This document shows positions 1-8,739 of a DNA stretch of 64,000 nucleotides, one piece after another. The translations under genes and the position numbers were made by a program. Under the pieces are notes generated by a model. That model was given only the letters and a program-made list of their open reading frames with translations, was not told the origin of the DNA and did no database searches. The DNA is taken from the IMG/VR virus record IMGVR_UViG_3300049574_000143, positions 4,358-68,357 of that record. One strand, written 5' to 3'. The stretch is from a virus. Taxonomy: Duplodnaviria > Caudoviricetes. Each line of letters begins with the position of its first letter. Positions within the stretch are counted from its first letter, which is position 1.

Positions 1-26
1 ACCGGCCTTGAGTGAACTCAACAACC

Positions 27-55
27 GGGCACCCACTAGGGTGCCCCTTCTTTTT
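27..55 (+). terminator. Rho-independent terminator
   Basis: Stem GGGCACCC, loop ACTA, stem GGGTGCCC, followed by CTTCTTTTT. Confidence 0.75.
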
Positions 56-69
56 GGGGAGTGATCGTT

Positions 70-225
70 ATGGGTCCCGTCAAGGCGCTGCTTTGGGTAG
101 CTGCCCTAATCTTCGCTTTCACCGTGGCTGGTTGGGTCGGCCCGGTTGCACTGCTCATGGTCGGCGGCATGCTCTCCGGCCGGAAGTACCGTCACCGGCG
201 GGTGCACCGTGCGCGCCGCTACTAA
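70..225 (+). CDS. Small membrane protein (51 aa)
   Basis: Manual translation MGPVKALLWVAALIFAFTVAGWVGPVALLMVGGMLSGRKYRHRRVHRARRY; GGGGAG RBS; hydrophobic core plus basic tail; too short for the ORF track. Confidence 0.65.
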   Translation: MGPVKALLWVAALIFAFTVAGWVGPVALLMVGGMLSGRKYRHRRVHRARRY

Positions 226-239
226 CCCCGGACATGCGA

Positions 240-277
240 ATGCCCCGGCACCCACTCAGGGTGTCGGGGCATGTTTG
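240..277 (+). terminator. Hairpin or terminator after the small membrane gene
   Basis: ATGCCCCGGCACCC-ACTCA-GGGTGTCGGGGCAT followed by GTTTGT. Confidence 0.65.
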
Positions 278-289
278 TACCATGATCCG

Positions 290-363
290 GATGATCAAGG
301 TATCAAGATCGATGATCAAGGTATCAAGATCGACGATCAAGGTCGCAGATGATCAAGGTCGCA
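290..363 (+). repeat. Tandem iteron-like repeats, core GAYGATCAAGGT x4
   Basis: 21-bp unit GATGATCAAGGTATCAAGATC at 290 and 311; GAYGATCAAGGTCGCA at 332 and 348. Confidence 0.9.
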
Positions 364-372
364 TGATCATCG

Positions 373-620
373 CGGACCGTAAATTTGCGGACCGCGGGCG
401 CGCGCGCCGGCGGGGGGCGGACCATGGCGCGCGCCCGGCCGCCGGCGGACCGGACCATGCGCGCGTGGCCGCTTTCGGGCACAGCTGTGCCGCAAGAACA
501 TGATGCATCCGAAATGCACCATTTGTCAATACCCCCGGACCAAGATTTTTTAAGCGGACCGTTTCGGGGGCGGACCGGACCCTTTGCGCGGCAGCTCCAG
601 GATGTCCCAGCCGGCGGACC
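373..620 (+). repeat. Cluster of ten co-oriented CGGACC hexamers
   Basis: CGGACC at 373, 388, 418, 446, 451, 536, 555, 571, 576, 615. Confidence 0.75.
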
Positions 621-960
621 GACCGTAGCTGTCCAGGTGATACCAAGACAGCCGGCCTTCTCGCCTCCAGCGGTACAGGGTCTGTTTGTCAACGCCGGTG
701 TAGGACTCGGCGGCCTCGGTGTCCACCAGGCGCCGGCGAGTGTCGCCGCTCCTGCCGGTCTGCAACGCACGTATGTGGGCGACCAGGGCGGGAGTCTCGT
801 GGAACCAGTCGGAGATCTCATTCACGCGGGCATCGGCGAACTGTTCCCGTCGGTCTTTCGCCCTGCCTTCCTCGACCGCGAGGAACTCTCCGCCGGGAAC
901 TTCGTCGGCGTACTCGTCTGCGATGCGGATGCGGCAGCAGAATTTGTAGTAGTTGATCAT
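550..960 (-). CDS. Helix-turn-helix DNA-binding protein (MerR/excisionase-like HTH)
   Basis: C-terminal TEAAESYTGVDKQTLYRWRREGRL. Confidence 0.7.
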   Translation of the reverse strand: MINYYKFCCRIRIADEYADEVPGGEFLAVEEGRAKDRREQFADARVNEISDWFHETPALVAHIRALQTGRSGDTRRRLVDTEAAESYTGVDKQTLYRWRREGRLSWYHLDSYGRSAGWDILELPRKGSGPPPKRSA

Positions 961-1087
961 CCAGAAATCTTGGCCCTTCCGGGAGTGAGGGGGGTCAACA
1001 CACTCCCCGGCTAGTTTTTACCTAGGCGCAGAAATCTTGGCCCTTCCGGAACTCAAGGGGGTCGAAAGCCAGCCCGGCTAGTTTTTC
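961..1087 (-). repeat. Imperfect direct repeat, two ~66-bp units
   Basis: CAGAAATCTTGGCCCTTCCGG...GGGGGTC...CCCGGCTAGTTTTT occurs twice in tandem. Confidence 0.85.
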
Positions 1088-1528
1088 CCCTATGCCGTGC
1101 ACCTCGAAGAGCGTTTTAGCGTTGTGCTGACGTTTAGTCATAACCTCAAGGTGATCAGGGTTAACGCACTTCCTGTTGCGGCACGAATGATCCAGCTCCA
1201 GCTCCCCGAGCTGCACGCCGCACAGGAACTCCCAGCACCAACGGTGAGCCCTATAGGTACCTGCAAGGTCTCCGTGTCTAAGTCCCACGGAGAATCGGCC
1301 ATAGCCGTCGCGATCACAGTCGGCCGTCCAATCCCAGCACGGCCCCGAAGTGTCCACCTTCTCGAAGAAGTACTCCTCTGGTGGGCGGCGATAGCGTTTC
1401 ACCTCCAGGGCCCCAGACTTGCGTGCAGCCTGGTACTCACGACTGCATAGTCCGCGCGCGAGAACCGGGCGCCCGCAATCACACTTCACGTGCACTCCCC
1501 GCACAGGGCGTACGGGGTGCACATGCAT
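1022..1528 (-). CDS. HNH endonuclease
   Basis: AHRWCWE...LDHSCRNRKCVNPDHLEVMT HNH motif; N-terminal CDCG...GLC zinc-ribbon-like segment. Confidence 0.85.
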   Translation of the reverse strand: MHVHPVRPVRGVHVKCDCGRPVLARGLCSREYQAARKSGALEVKRYRRPPEEYFFEKVDTSGPCWDWTADCDRDGYGRFSVGLRHGDLAGTYRAHRWCWEFLCGVQLGELELDHSCRNRKCVNPDHLEVMTKRQHNAKTLFEVHGIGEKLAGLAFDPLEFRKGQDFCA

Positions 1529-1737
1529 TCCGGCCAGCAGTCGCAGTCAGCGACAGCGCGGGGGGCGACGACCACCGGGATGTCCTGCGTCCGACAGCTG
1601 CACACGGTATCGACGAGGTCATCCATCTCGTCCAGGCGCTCGACGAGCTGCCGCAAGATCCTGATGTACTCCTCGCAGACGAGGCCCCGCTCGATGTCGT
1701 CGATGATGGTCATGAGGTTGGCCTTGTCGCTGATCAC
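1486..1737 (-). CDS. Hypothetical Cys-rich protein
   Basis: GTG start after GGAGG; C-terminus CSC...CDC..ECMC...CGEC. Confidence 0.5.
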   Translation of the reverse strand: MISDKANLMTIIDDIERGLVCEEYIRILRQLVERLDEMDDLVDTVCSCRTQDIPVVVAPRAVADCDCWPECMCTPYALCGECT

Positions 1738-1822
1738 CGATGTGCCTCCCATGCGAGCAGCCCGAGGATGACGACGGCGGTGGACGCCGCGAGGAGCAGC
1801 GATCCGACGAACTTCCAGTGCT

Positions 1823-2512
1823 TCACCGCTTCTGCCTCTCGTACAGCTCCAGCCACTCGCTGGCCGGGTACTCCTCGCCGCAAGGCGCCTCCGTCGGTGT
1901 CCCGATGCAGCGGACGACGGCGTCCTCACCTTCGATGCGCGCCGGCGCCGTGAGCCCGCCCCCGCAGTTGCCGCAGACGGTGTCGCCGAACATGGCGTCG
2001 CCGACCTTCTGGTTGAGGGTGCGCCTGGCCATGTCGACCCACTTGTCAGTGAGGCCGGCGATCTTGCGCGCGATATCCGGCCGGCCGGATTCGATGATGT
2101 ACCTCAGCTGCACGGGCAGGCTGCCTACGACCACGCGTATGGGCTGCGACAGGAACGTGCGGTCGCGGCCGGCCTCCTCGAAAAGCCTGTCGAGGGACAT
2201 GTAGATGTCGCAGGTGATTTCGTCCAGGGTGAGGAATCCGTTGAGTTCCGGATTCAGTTTCGCTTTCTTCACCCGCGGAGCACCTCTTGCCGCTTTCGGT
2301 GAAAGGTCGGCGTCCCTGTTCTTGCTGTACGCCTCCAGCTGATCGAGGAGCCCTCGACGCTGGATATGGCGCACGCGGGTTTCAGGCTTCGGACCGTCGG
2401 GGTATTTCACCATGTCGACGTATTCGCTGCGTTCCCGGTATCCGGAAACGAGGAGTTTGCAGTTTTCGGCGACGGTGTCGTGGTATTTCTGTTCTTCACC
2501 CGTGAAGGCCAT
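1823..2512 (-). CDS. Hypothetical protein with C-terminal Zn-finger-like motif
   Basis: 229 aa, coding-like codon bias, CGNCGG...C...CG near the C-terminus. Confidence 0.7.
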   Translation of the reverse strand: MAFTGEEQKYHDTVAENCKLLVSGYRERSEYVDMVKYPDGPKPETRVRHIQRRGLLDQLEAYSKNRDADLSPKAARGAPRVKKAKLNPELNGFLTLDEITCDIYMSLDRLFEEAGRDRTFLSQPIRVVVGSLPVQLRYIIESGRPDIARKIAGLTDKWVDMARRTLNQKVGDAMFGDTVCGNCGGGLTAPARIEGEDAVVRCIGTPTEAPCGEEYPASEWLELYERQKR

Positions 2513-2703
2513 CTTCAGCCTTCCATGATGCGAGCGTCAGCTTTTCGGCGCACGAGCGGGCGGTTTCCGGCGGCAGGGCTATTCCCTGCAATACCGCGGA
2601 CACCTCACCATTCGCATCGAGTGCGCATATCTTGAGTTTGACGTAGGGGCCGTCGTGGTATATGACGACACCCGCGGTGTAAGGGCCATTTTCAGTTGTC
2701 ACG
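2496..2703 (-). CDS. Hypothetical protein
   Basis: Likely GTG start (MTTENGPY...) within ORF 2496..2786; overlaps neighbours. Confidence 0.5.
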
Positions 2704-3250
2704 GACACTCCATGTGGCACGCCCAGTGCCACGTTCCGAATTCGATTGAGTTGTAGTCCTCGCCGGGCTCGATTACGTGATCGCATATCGAGCAGCGGAA
2801 AGGCCTAGAAAGGAGGGGGGTCGCATGTGCGGCACGAGACGGGCGCTCCGGGGCCCCTGTAGCGCCGGCGGGGGCATTTGGATGGCGGCTGCCATCCCGA
2901 GGCCCTCCAGGCGTCACAGGGGCTGGGCAAGGGTCCGACGCCTTGGGCACCTCCACCAGCTGCTGCTCGCGGGCCAGGTGCCAGTGCTCGGCGTAAACGC
3001 GCTGTACGCCGATCTGAGCGCCGTTCGGCCCCCATTCCGGTCTCTGTCCCCGCTGGAAGGCTCCTGAGAGCTTCTGGGTGCCATTCTTTCCCGCCTTGAC
3101 CCAGAAGAGGCCGATACGCTCGACTATGCATTCGGCCAGACGCTGCTGAGTGACGGGAACGATGTCGACGGCCACGGCGACGGCATCACCGCCCAGGAGG
3201 GTGTACGCCTGGCAGCGCCGGCATTGGGCGAGTTTCAGGTCAGATCCCAC
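2699..3250 (-). CDS. Hypothetical protein with CxxC motifs
   Basis: CRRC near the N-terminus and CSIC...HWAC at the C-terminus; start trimmed to GTG at 3250. Confidence 0.55.
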   Translation of the reverse strand: MGSDLKLAQCRRCQAYTLLGGDAVAVAVDIVPVTQQRLAECIVERIGLFWVKAGKNGTQKLSGAFQRGQRPEWGPNGAQIGVQRVYAEHWHLAREQQLVEVPKASDPCPAPVTPGGPRDGSRHPNAPAGATGAPERPSRAAHATPLLSRPFRCSICDHVIEPGEDYNSIEFGTWHWACHMECP

Positions 3251-3408
3251 ATCGTCACCGATTCGTCCAGGGTCGCGGCGGACCCTGTAGCCGAGTCGAT
3301 CACAGCTACGGCGTGGGCTCTGATCTCGGGGATGTAGATCCTGTCCAGAGCGAAGCCATTCTCTGTGAGCATGTCGCGCATGGCCGTAGCCACCTCGGGC
3401 AGTGTCAT
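3235..3408 (-). CDS. Hypothetical protein
   Basis: MTLPEVATAMRDMLTENG..., in operon context. Confidence 0.5.
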   Translation of the reverse strand: MTLPEVATAMRDMLTENGFALDRIYIPEIRAHAVAVIDSATGSAATLDESVTMWDLT

Positions 3409-3504
3409 GCAGCAAGCCTCCAGGGCACGAGAAAGACCGCCCAGCAGATGCAAGGCGGCCTCAAGATCAATGTTGGTTTTCGTGGAGCCGGAGCCCGAAG
3501 GGCG

Positions 3505-3700
3505 TAGCGCTCCGCGCGTGTACGTAACTACCTGGGGTTAATACACCCACCCCAGTTGGGTGTAGAGCATCAATCGGGATGCTCGGGCGGTCCCGCTCGC
3601 TTGGGCTCCCGGGCCCCAGCGGGGGTTCGCCACCGACAACCGTCAGTGTCAATTTCAGCGTCAGCGACGAACTACCTATCAGTTTAGCATACGCCACCAA
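3505..3700 (-). promoter_or_regulatory. Conserved non-coding element downstream of the helicase (candidate origin or regulatory element)
   Basis: Contains TTGACAC, CTAAACTGAT, a hairpin TACACCCA..TGGGTGTA and AACCCCAGGTAGTTACGTACACGCGCG; these blocks recur at 28766-28955. Confidence 0.45.
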
Positions 3701-3753
3701 ATCGGTACATATGGTGCGCATAACTGGTCGATAGTGTTTGGTTGTGTTGGATC

Positions 3754-5094
3754 TCAGTCATATTCTGGGAGCTGCTGGTCGCTGGTCCGGATGTAGAGGG
3801 CCCCCACGCGGTCAAGGAAGATGGTGGAACCCTTCAACACCAGGCACCCCTTGCGGTGCAGCTGGGCGACAACGACACGGACATCGTCGGCGTCGGCGGA
3901 CAGCCTCTTCGCGAGTCCCGTGAGGGTGACACCGACCTCGCCGTACTCGGCGACAGCGCGCAGCAGCCCCTTGTCCTTGTCCGACAACGGCGGAAGGTCG
4001 GCCTCGGTCTGCCGATACCACTTCGGCCTCGGCTTCACCGCGAGAGCCTGGCCGGGGCCCGGGGTGACGAGGTCGAGCTCCATTTCGCGGGCTTCGGCAA
4101 GGTCTTTCTGGGCGCGGGTTTTCACCTTCACCGTCATATTCCGTTTATCGGCTTCCACTTCGAATTCAGCATCGAGTGCGCCGAGGATTGCAGTTGATCC
4201 CCGCGCACGCCCACCAGACGCCCCGGAGTGGTGTACCAGTGCCACGCACGCTCCGGTGACCTCTTTGAGGACATCCAGTGCAGCCACGACCACTCCCATT
4301 TCGGAGGCGCTGTTTTCTTCCAGACCGACGGTGCATCGAGCCTGGGTGTCCAGGATGATGAATTCAAATCCGCCGCGCTTAGCGGTCCGGATGAGGGTCG
4401 AAACGTCTTTCCGGTCTCCCAGCTGGACGGCTCTCTCATAGAAATGCACTCCGGTCATCGGGCGTTTGTTCTGGCATTCCCAGGCGCGTACTCGGCGTTT
4501 AATACCACGGACACCTTCGGCGACGACGTAGAGTACTTTCGACTGCACGGTGTGATTGCCGGCCCACTTTATCCCGGCGCCGACACATGCCGCCATGTCG
4601 AGCATCACGAACGACTTATAGGATTTCGGTGGCCCGTACAATCGGACAACCGATTCCTTTACCAGAAAGCCTTCGATAAGCGGGTCCGCTTCCGGCAATT
4701 CGTCCAGCTCCATGGACGAAAGCAGGCTGAAGGTGTCACCGTCGGCGTCGGCGGCACCGAAAAGCGCCTGGCGCTCCTCCTCGGCCATGGCGGCGGCGGC
4801 GTTCCGTGCCGCCCGGCGTTTCTCGACCTCATCCTCGGTGCGCCGGTCGAGCCGCGAGGCGGCCTCCGCCCCGCCGGTGGCCTGCTGAACCGCCAGCGCC
4901 ATGTCGAACTGCGCCTGGACCGCGGCATCGGCACCCAGCTGCTGCCGTATGGCGTCGGCGTTGCCGTCCCGCAGGGCGAGGGTGGCGGCGAGGCTGACGA
5001 GGGTGCTAGTCGCAGCGGATGCAGTATCCCTCGTCGTCCCAGACGGGGAGATGCCATCGCCGGACCCGTCGTTTGATGGCTGCGAGAAGACCAC
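3754..5094 (-). CDS. RepA/AAA_25-type replicative DNA helicase
   Basis: Walker A GPPKSYKS, Walker B IILDT, LVHHSG and RGSTAILGALD motifs; AAGGAG RBS before GTG. Confidence 0.88.
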   Translation of the reverse strand: MVFSQPSNDGSGDGISPSGTTRDTASAATSTLVSLAATLALRDGNADAIRQQLGADAAVQAQFDMALAVQQATGGAEAASRLDRRTEDEVEKRRAARNAAAAMAEEERQALFGAADADGDTFSLLSSMELDELPEADPLIEGFLVKESVVRLYGPPKSYKSFVMLDMAACVGAGIKWAGNHTVQSKVLYVVAEGVRGIKRRVRAWECQNKRPMTGVHFYERAVQLGDRKDVSTLIRTAKRGGFEFIILDTQARCTVGLEENSASEMGVVVAALDVLKEVTGACVALVHHSGASGGRARGSTAILGALDAEFEVEADKRNMTVKVKTRAQKDLAEAREMELDLVTPGPGQALAVKPRPKWYRQTEADLPPLSDKDKGLLRAVAEYGEVGVTLTGLAKRLSADADDVRVVVAQLHRKGCLVLKGSTIFLDRVGALYIRTSDQQLPEYD

Positions 5095-5701
5095 GCCGCT
5101 CCTTATTCAGTTGTGGGGACAGGCATTGCTGCTCGCCGACCGGCCCCGGGCAGTCCATCGCGTTGGCGCCGCACGCCGGCGGCGGCACCTCGCAGTACTC
5201 GTAGCAGGCGGTGCACGCGCATCCGCAGGCGCCGGCTGGGCCCCGGTCGACCTTGCCGCCGACGCGGCCGGCGAGGACGTCATCCTCGAACTTCCGTAGG
5301 TTGGCGTCGTACAGCCGGTGCGCCGGTACCTCCCGCAGGGCCTCCTCCGCGGTTTTCGGGCGCCCATGCAGCGGGCAGTCGCCGGAGATCAGCCAGGCCT
5401 CATCCTCGGCGGCATGATCTCGCAGGATGTTCGCCCAGGCTTTTGGCCGGCAGCGGCAGCCCATGGCGCCGTGAGGCTCCTGCACCGCCACCGTGCAGCC
5501 GCTGTAGAGGCAGTCGTAGCGCCGGTCGGCGGTCGGGTCAGCCCTGACGGTCTCCACCGGCATCGTTGACGTGCAGGCGGCCATCTGGAGGGCGGTCAGC
5601 TCCGCCTCCTGGTGGGTGCCGCCGTAGATGGCGTAGCGCCGGTACTCGTCGGTCTTCGGCGGGCGCTCCCGGGCGACACCGACGGTGATGTAGTGGATCA
5701 C
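5006..5701 (-). CDS. Hypothetical Cys-rich protein
   Basis: GTGA overlap with the upstream gene; CGCACTAC and other Cys clusters; 3' end overlaps the helicase start. Confidence 0.55.
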   Translation of the reverse strand: MIHYITVGVARERPPKTDEYRRYAIYGGTHQEAELTALQMAACTSTMPVETVRADPTADRRYDCLYSGCTVAVQEPHGAMGCRCRPKAWANILRDHAAEDEAWLISGDCPLHGRPKTAEEALREVPAHRLYDANLRKFEDDVLAGRVGGKVDRGPAGACGCACTACYEYCEVPPPACGANAMDCPGPVGEQQCLSPQLNKERRGLLAAIKRRVRRWHLPVWDDEGYCIRCD

Positions 5702-5937
5702 GGCAGCCAGTCCCGGGGGTATCCGTGCTCGTCGACCAGGTGTTCGGGCCAGATCTCGGTGCAGGTGTCGCAGTTGGGGGCTTCGTCGGGGGCCTCGATG
5801 CCGAGCAGCTCGGCGCCGCACACCGCCTTCATCCCGATGAACTTCTCGGGGTTGCAGACGGAGCAGGTGAGGTGCGCCGGCGGCTCGGTAAGGGTTTTGC
5901 CCGATTCGGTTAGTTTTTTGGTGAGAACGTTACTCAA
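5698..5937 (-). CDS. Hypothetical protein
   Basis: 79 aa, CSVC and CDTC motifs, coupled to the next gene. Confidence 0.6.
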   Translation of the reverse strand: MSNVLTKKLTESGKTLTEPPAHLTCSVCNPEKFIGMKAVCGAELLGIEAPDEAPNCDTCTEIWPEHLVDEHGYPRDWLP

Positions 5938-5980
5938 GTCACTCTTGTCCCGGTTCGTTGCATAGTGCTAACACGGATAC

Positions 5981-6397
5981 ATGGATTGGCGGACTCTGTA
6001 CGTAGCCCGGCGGGTGATGCCGGACGGACGGCTCGCGTATTCGAAACTCGACGAAGACGGGACCATGCAGTTCTGGCTCAAAGCGGGCTTCATTCACCCC
6101 GTCCTGGTCAGGGACATGGGGGCGCTGTCCAGTCAGATCGCCTACAGCGGATGCTTCGACCTGGACCCTTCGAGGGTCGGCATGAATCCGCTGTTCTCGG
6201 CGTGGATCGAACGGGTGCCGGGCGAAGACTGGCCGCCGGGTGTCGTCGTCCGCCCCAGAATCGGCGGAAAGGCGTTCTTCGAGATCCAGTGCCGCCAGGA
6301 CCTGATCCGCCCCGAGCTGGCCGCGGAGATGAACGAGCAGGCGCTACCGGCGGTGTCGGGGGCACTGGTGCCGCCGGCGCTGACGCCTAATCGATGA
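5981..6397 (+). CDS. Hypothetical protein (only plus-strand gene in the early arm)
   Basis: 138 aa globular-looking ORF filling the gap between minus-strand genes; high GC3. Confidence 0.7.
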   Translation: MDWRTLYVARRVMPDGRLAYSKLDEDGTMQFWLKAGFIHPVLVRDMGALSSQIAYSGCFDLDPSRVGMNPLFSAWIERVPGEDWPPGVVVRPRIGGKAFFEIQCRQDLIRPELAAEMNEQALPAVSGALVPPALTPNR

Positions 6398-6830
6398 GCT
6401 TCCAGCTCTCGTTGGTGAAGTGGTACTGATCCCTGACCACCCAGTTCATGGCCTGCCGCATGCCGTCCCGGCTCTTGCAGCGGAGCCGGCCGAAGGCCAC
6501 CTTCGCGCCATTCCCGTTGGTGCGGACGGCGTGCACGTAGAGCTCTTCCGTCCCCGGCTCCTGGATGTTCACGCTCCAGCCGGTCCGGCGCTCGTAGGTG
6601 CGGTCCTCCTCGAAGAACTCCGGGAGATGCTCGAAGTTCTCCCGGAAGTGGGCGATGCTCGTTGACAGTTCGTCACCCTTCAGCTCGTACAGGACGTGCT
6701 TCCTGCCGACGTAGGTGATGACGCGGGTCTGCTGGTCGTAGATGCCGGTGGTCTTGCCCCGGACCTTGTCGCCGGCCCTGAAGAACGGGGCCGCCTCCTC
6801 GATTTCGTTGTACGAGTAGAGCTTCGCCAT
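6387..6830 (-). CDS. Hypothetical protein
   Basis: 147 aa, strong coding bias. Confidence 0.75.
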   Translation of the reverse strand: MAKLYSYNEIEEAAPFFRAGDKVRGKTTGIYDQQTRVITYVGRKHVLYELKGDELSTSIAHFRENFEHLPEFFEEDRTYERRTGWSVNIQEPGTEELYVHAVRTNGNGAKVAFGRLRCKSRDGMRQAMNWVVRDQYHFTNESWKLID

Positions 6831-7157
6831 CTAGGTCCACCATCGCCTTATGTCGGCCCCGCGCATCCGCGCGTAGGTCTTGAACTCGACCATCCGGTCT
6901 ATGTCTTCGTGGGTGTTGCACGGCCACATGCGGTCCAGCCACCAGGTCTCCCAGGTGCGCAGGTCGTAGCCGTGCAGGTGCTCCAGCTTCGTCGCCACCT
7001 TGCATTCGCGCGGGTAGAAGCCGCTGTCTTTGATGAACAGCTGTGCCTGCCGGTAGAACGGCGCGATGACCATCCGGAAGGGGATGACGACGTCGGGATG
7101 ATGCCAGATCTCACGGGGCCGGCGAGACGACGACCCCGGCCTCTTCTGTGAAGCCAA
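6831..7157 (-). CDS. Hypothetical protein
   Basis: 108 aa, abuts the next gene; start uncertain. Confidence 0.6.
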   Translation of the reverse strand: MASQKRPGSSSRRPREIWHHPDVVIPFRMVIAPFYRQAQLFIKDSGFYPRECKVATKLEHLHGYDLRTWETWWLDRMWPCNTHEDIDRMVEFKTYARMRGADIRRWWT

Positions 7158-7383
7158 AGCGTTCCTTCAGTACTTCGCGGCAGATGCCGCACTTCGACTT
7201 GCCTTCCGCCTTGCCCGTGGACGGGAGGTCGCCGGCGTCCGCGCCCAACGTCGCCTCGCACACGCCCCGATGGGCGGTCCCGTAGGTCGTCACGCGGACG
7301 GCGTGGGCAAAAAAAGACGCCCGGTCGGATGACCAGACGTATTCGAACTTGTCGGAAGGGATGTGTGGGCCCATCCAGCTCAC
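7111..7383 (-). CDS. Hypothetical protein with C-terminal CxxC
   Basis: ATGA overlap; KCGICREVL. Confidence 0.65.
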   Translation of the reverse strand: MSWMGPHIPSDKFEYVWSSDRASFFAHAVRVTTYGTAHRGVCEATLGADAGDLPSTGKAEGKSKCGICREVLKERFGFTEEAGVVVSPAP

Positions 7384-7793
7384 AGGCGGGACTTGAGGAC
7401 GTAGGAGTGGTCGGGGAGCTTGCGGACGTAGATGGCGGGCCTACCGGCGAAAGGGATGTCTTCCCAGTCCAGAAACGCGTCACTCTGGACGTTCTTCGGT
7501 ACCGGCCACTCGCCGTCAGCGTAGGCCTCGGCACGGATGATCAGCATGTAGCTGCCGTCGGCGGCGACACCCAGGACGCGGTAATCGTCGCCTTCGCCGA
7601 GCGAGTAAGTGAGGATGTCGCCGGCCTGCGGCTCGAACGGCTCCTCGGTGTAGTTCTCGTTGTCCTTGCGGATGACGAACGGGTCGCGCTGCCCGTACAC
7701 CTTGTCGACGTAGTTGACCACGTAGTGGTCGTCCAGCTCGGCCTCGACCTTGACGAAATGGCCTCCGGCGGCCTTGAGAGTCTTTATGGTCAT
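7380..7793 (-). CDS. Hypothetical protein
   Basis: AAGGA RBS, MTIKTLKAAGG..., coding bias. Confidence 0.7.
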   Translation of the reverse strand: MTIKTLKAAGGHFVKVEAELDDHYVVNYVDKVYGQRDPFVIRKDNENYTEEPFEPQAGDILTYSLGEGDDYRVLGVAADGSYMLIIRAEAYADGEWPVPKNVQSDAFLDWEDIPFAGRPAIYVRKLPDHSYVLKSRL

Positions 7794-8248
7794 TCTGTGT
7801 TCCTTTTCAGGTAGTTGAGAGCTCTCTCTACGCGTTCCGCGGTGTCGCCAAGTCGCCCGATGGCGGCATTGCATCCCCGGCATAGAACTCCGCGCACCTT
7901 GCCGGTTTCGTGACAGTGGTCCACGCAGAGGTCGCCCTCCCGGTCGCAGATTTCGCATCTACCGTCAGCGGCTGCGATCATTTCGAGCCACCGGTCAAGG
8001 GTGATCCCGTACTTCTTTCGCAGTTCCCAGTCTCGGGCGTATCCTGTGCGTTCACGGAAGGACCGTTGATAGGCGTTTGCGGAATCACGGAAGGTCCCGT
8101 CGGCTTCCTTATTTTCACGCCAGCGTTCCCAGCGGACCTTCTGGCGCGCTGATTGACACTCCTTCTTCTTGCAGTAGATGTTCGTGGATCTGTATCGCTC
8201 GAACTCGCCCCCGCACTGGGCGCATTCGCCGCTTTGAGGCCAAGTCAT
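7790..8248 (-). CDS. Recombination endonuclease VII family protein
   Basis: KYGITL...CEIC...VDHCHETGKVRGVLCRGCNAAIG. Confidence 0.88.
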   Translation of the reverse strand: MTWPQSGECAQCGGEFERYRSTNIYCKKKECQSARQKVRWERWRENKEADGTFRDSANAYQRSFRERTGYARDWELRKKYGITLDRWLEMIAAADGRCEICDREGDLCVDHCHETGKVRGVLCRGCNAAIGRLGDTAERVERALNYLKRNTE

Positions 8249-8739
8249 GGGAGTCCTACCGCGCCATCCGGCCAGATGATCGTGTTGATCTCCGTGGTGT
8301 TCCGGACCTGACGAATGCACCCTTCGCAGGGTTCGCAAGAGACGTACATGGTGCCGCCCGTCATCAGGCCAGCACCACGCCTCTGGGCGTCAGCAAGTGC
8401 CGTCTGTTCCGCATGACTGGCGATGCAGGCACCCCTGCCGGTGTCGTACGACGAGCCGGGCGGGACGGCGTCCGGGCAGGGCCAGTCCCGACCACAGGCG
8501 CAGACGGGGCCGATCTTGTACTTGCTATTGAGGCCGCGCTCCACCAGCTTCCAGTGCCGCCCTCGCGGGCAGGCGCCCTCCAGGCAGCCCTTCTCGCCCG
8601 GCCGGGTGCCGTTGTAGCCGAGGCCGACGAATCGCTTGTCGACCACGATCAGGGCGCCGACCTTCCGGCGGGTGCAGTCGCCCATCCTCGCCAGCCAGTC
8701 GGCGCCGTCCAGGTGCCATTCGTCGCGGTCGGGCCTCAC
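8245..8739 (-). CDS. Deoxycytidylate (dCMP) deaminase
   Basis: CTRRKVGA, GYNG, HAEQ and PCEGC zinc-deaminase motifs; GTGA overlap start. Confidence 0.88.
   Translation of the reverse strand: MRPDRDEWHLDGADWLARMGDCTRRKVGALIVVDKRFVGLGYNGTRPGEKGCLEGACPRGRHWKLVERGLNSKYKIGPVCACGRDWPCPDAVPPGSSYDTGRGACIASHAEQTALADAQRRGAGLMTGGTMYVSCEPCEGCIRQVRNTTEINTIIWPDGAVGLP

Noticed and set aside
290-363. Possible CRISPR array
   Set aside because: Repeats are adjacent with no unique spacers, and no cas operon is present.
12-503. ORFs 12..503, 146..352 and 155..340 with repeated peptide units
   Set aside because: They cross terminators and the DNA repeat array, so the peptide repeats are by-products; the 70..225 ORF has the better RBS and composition.
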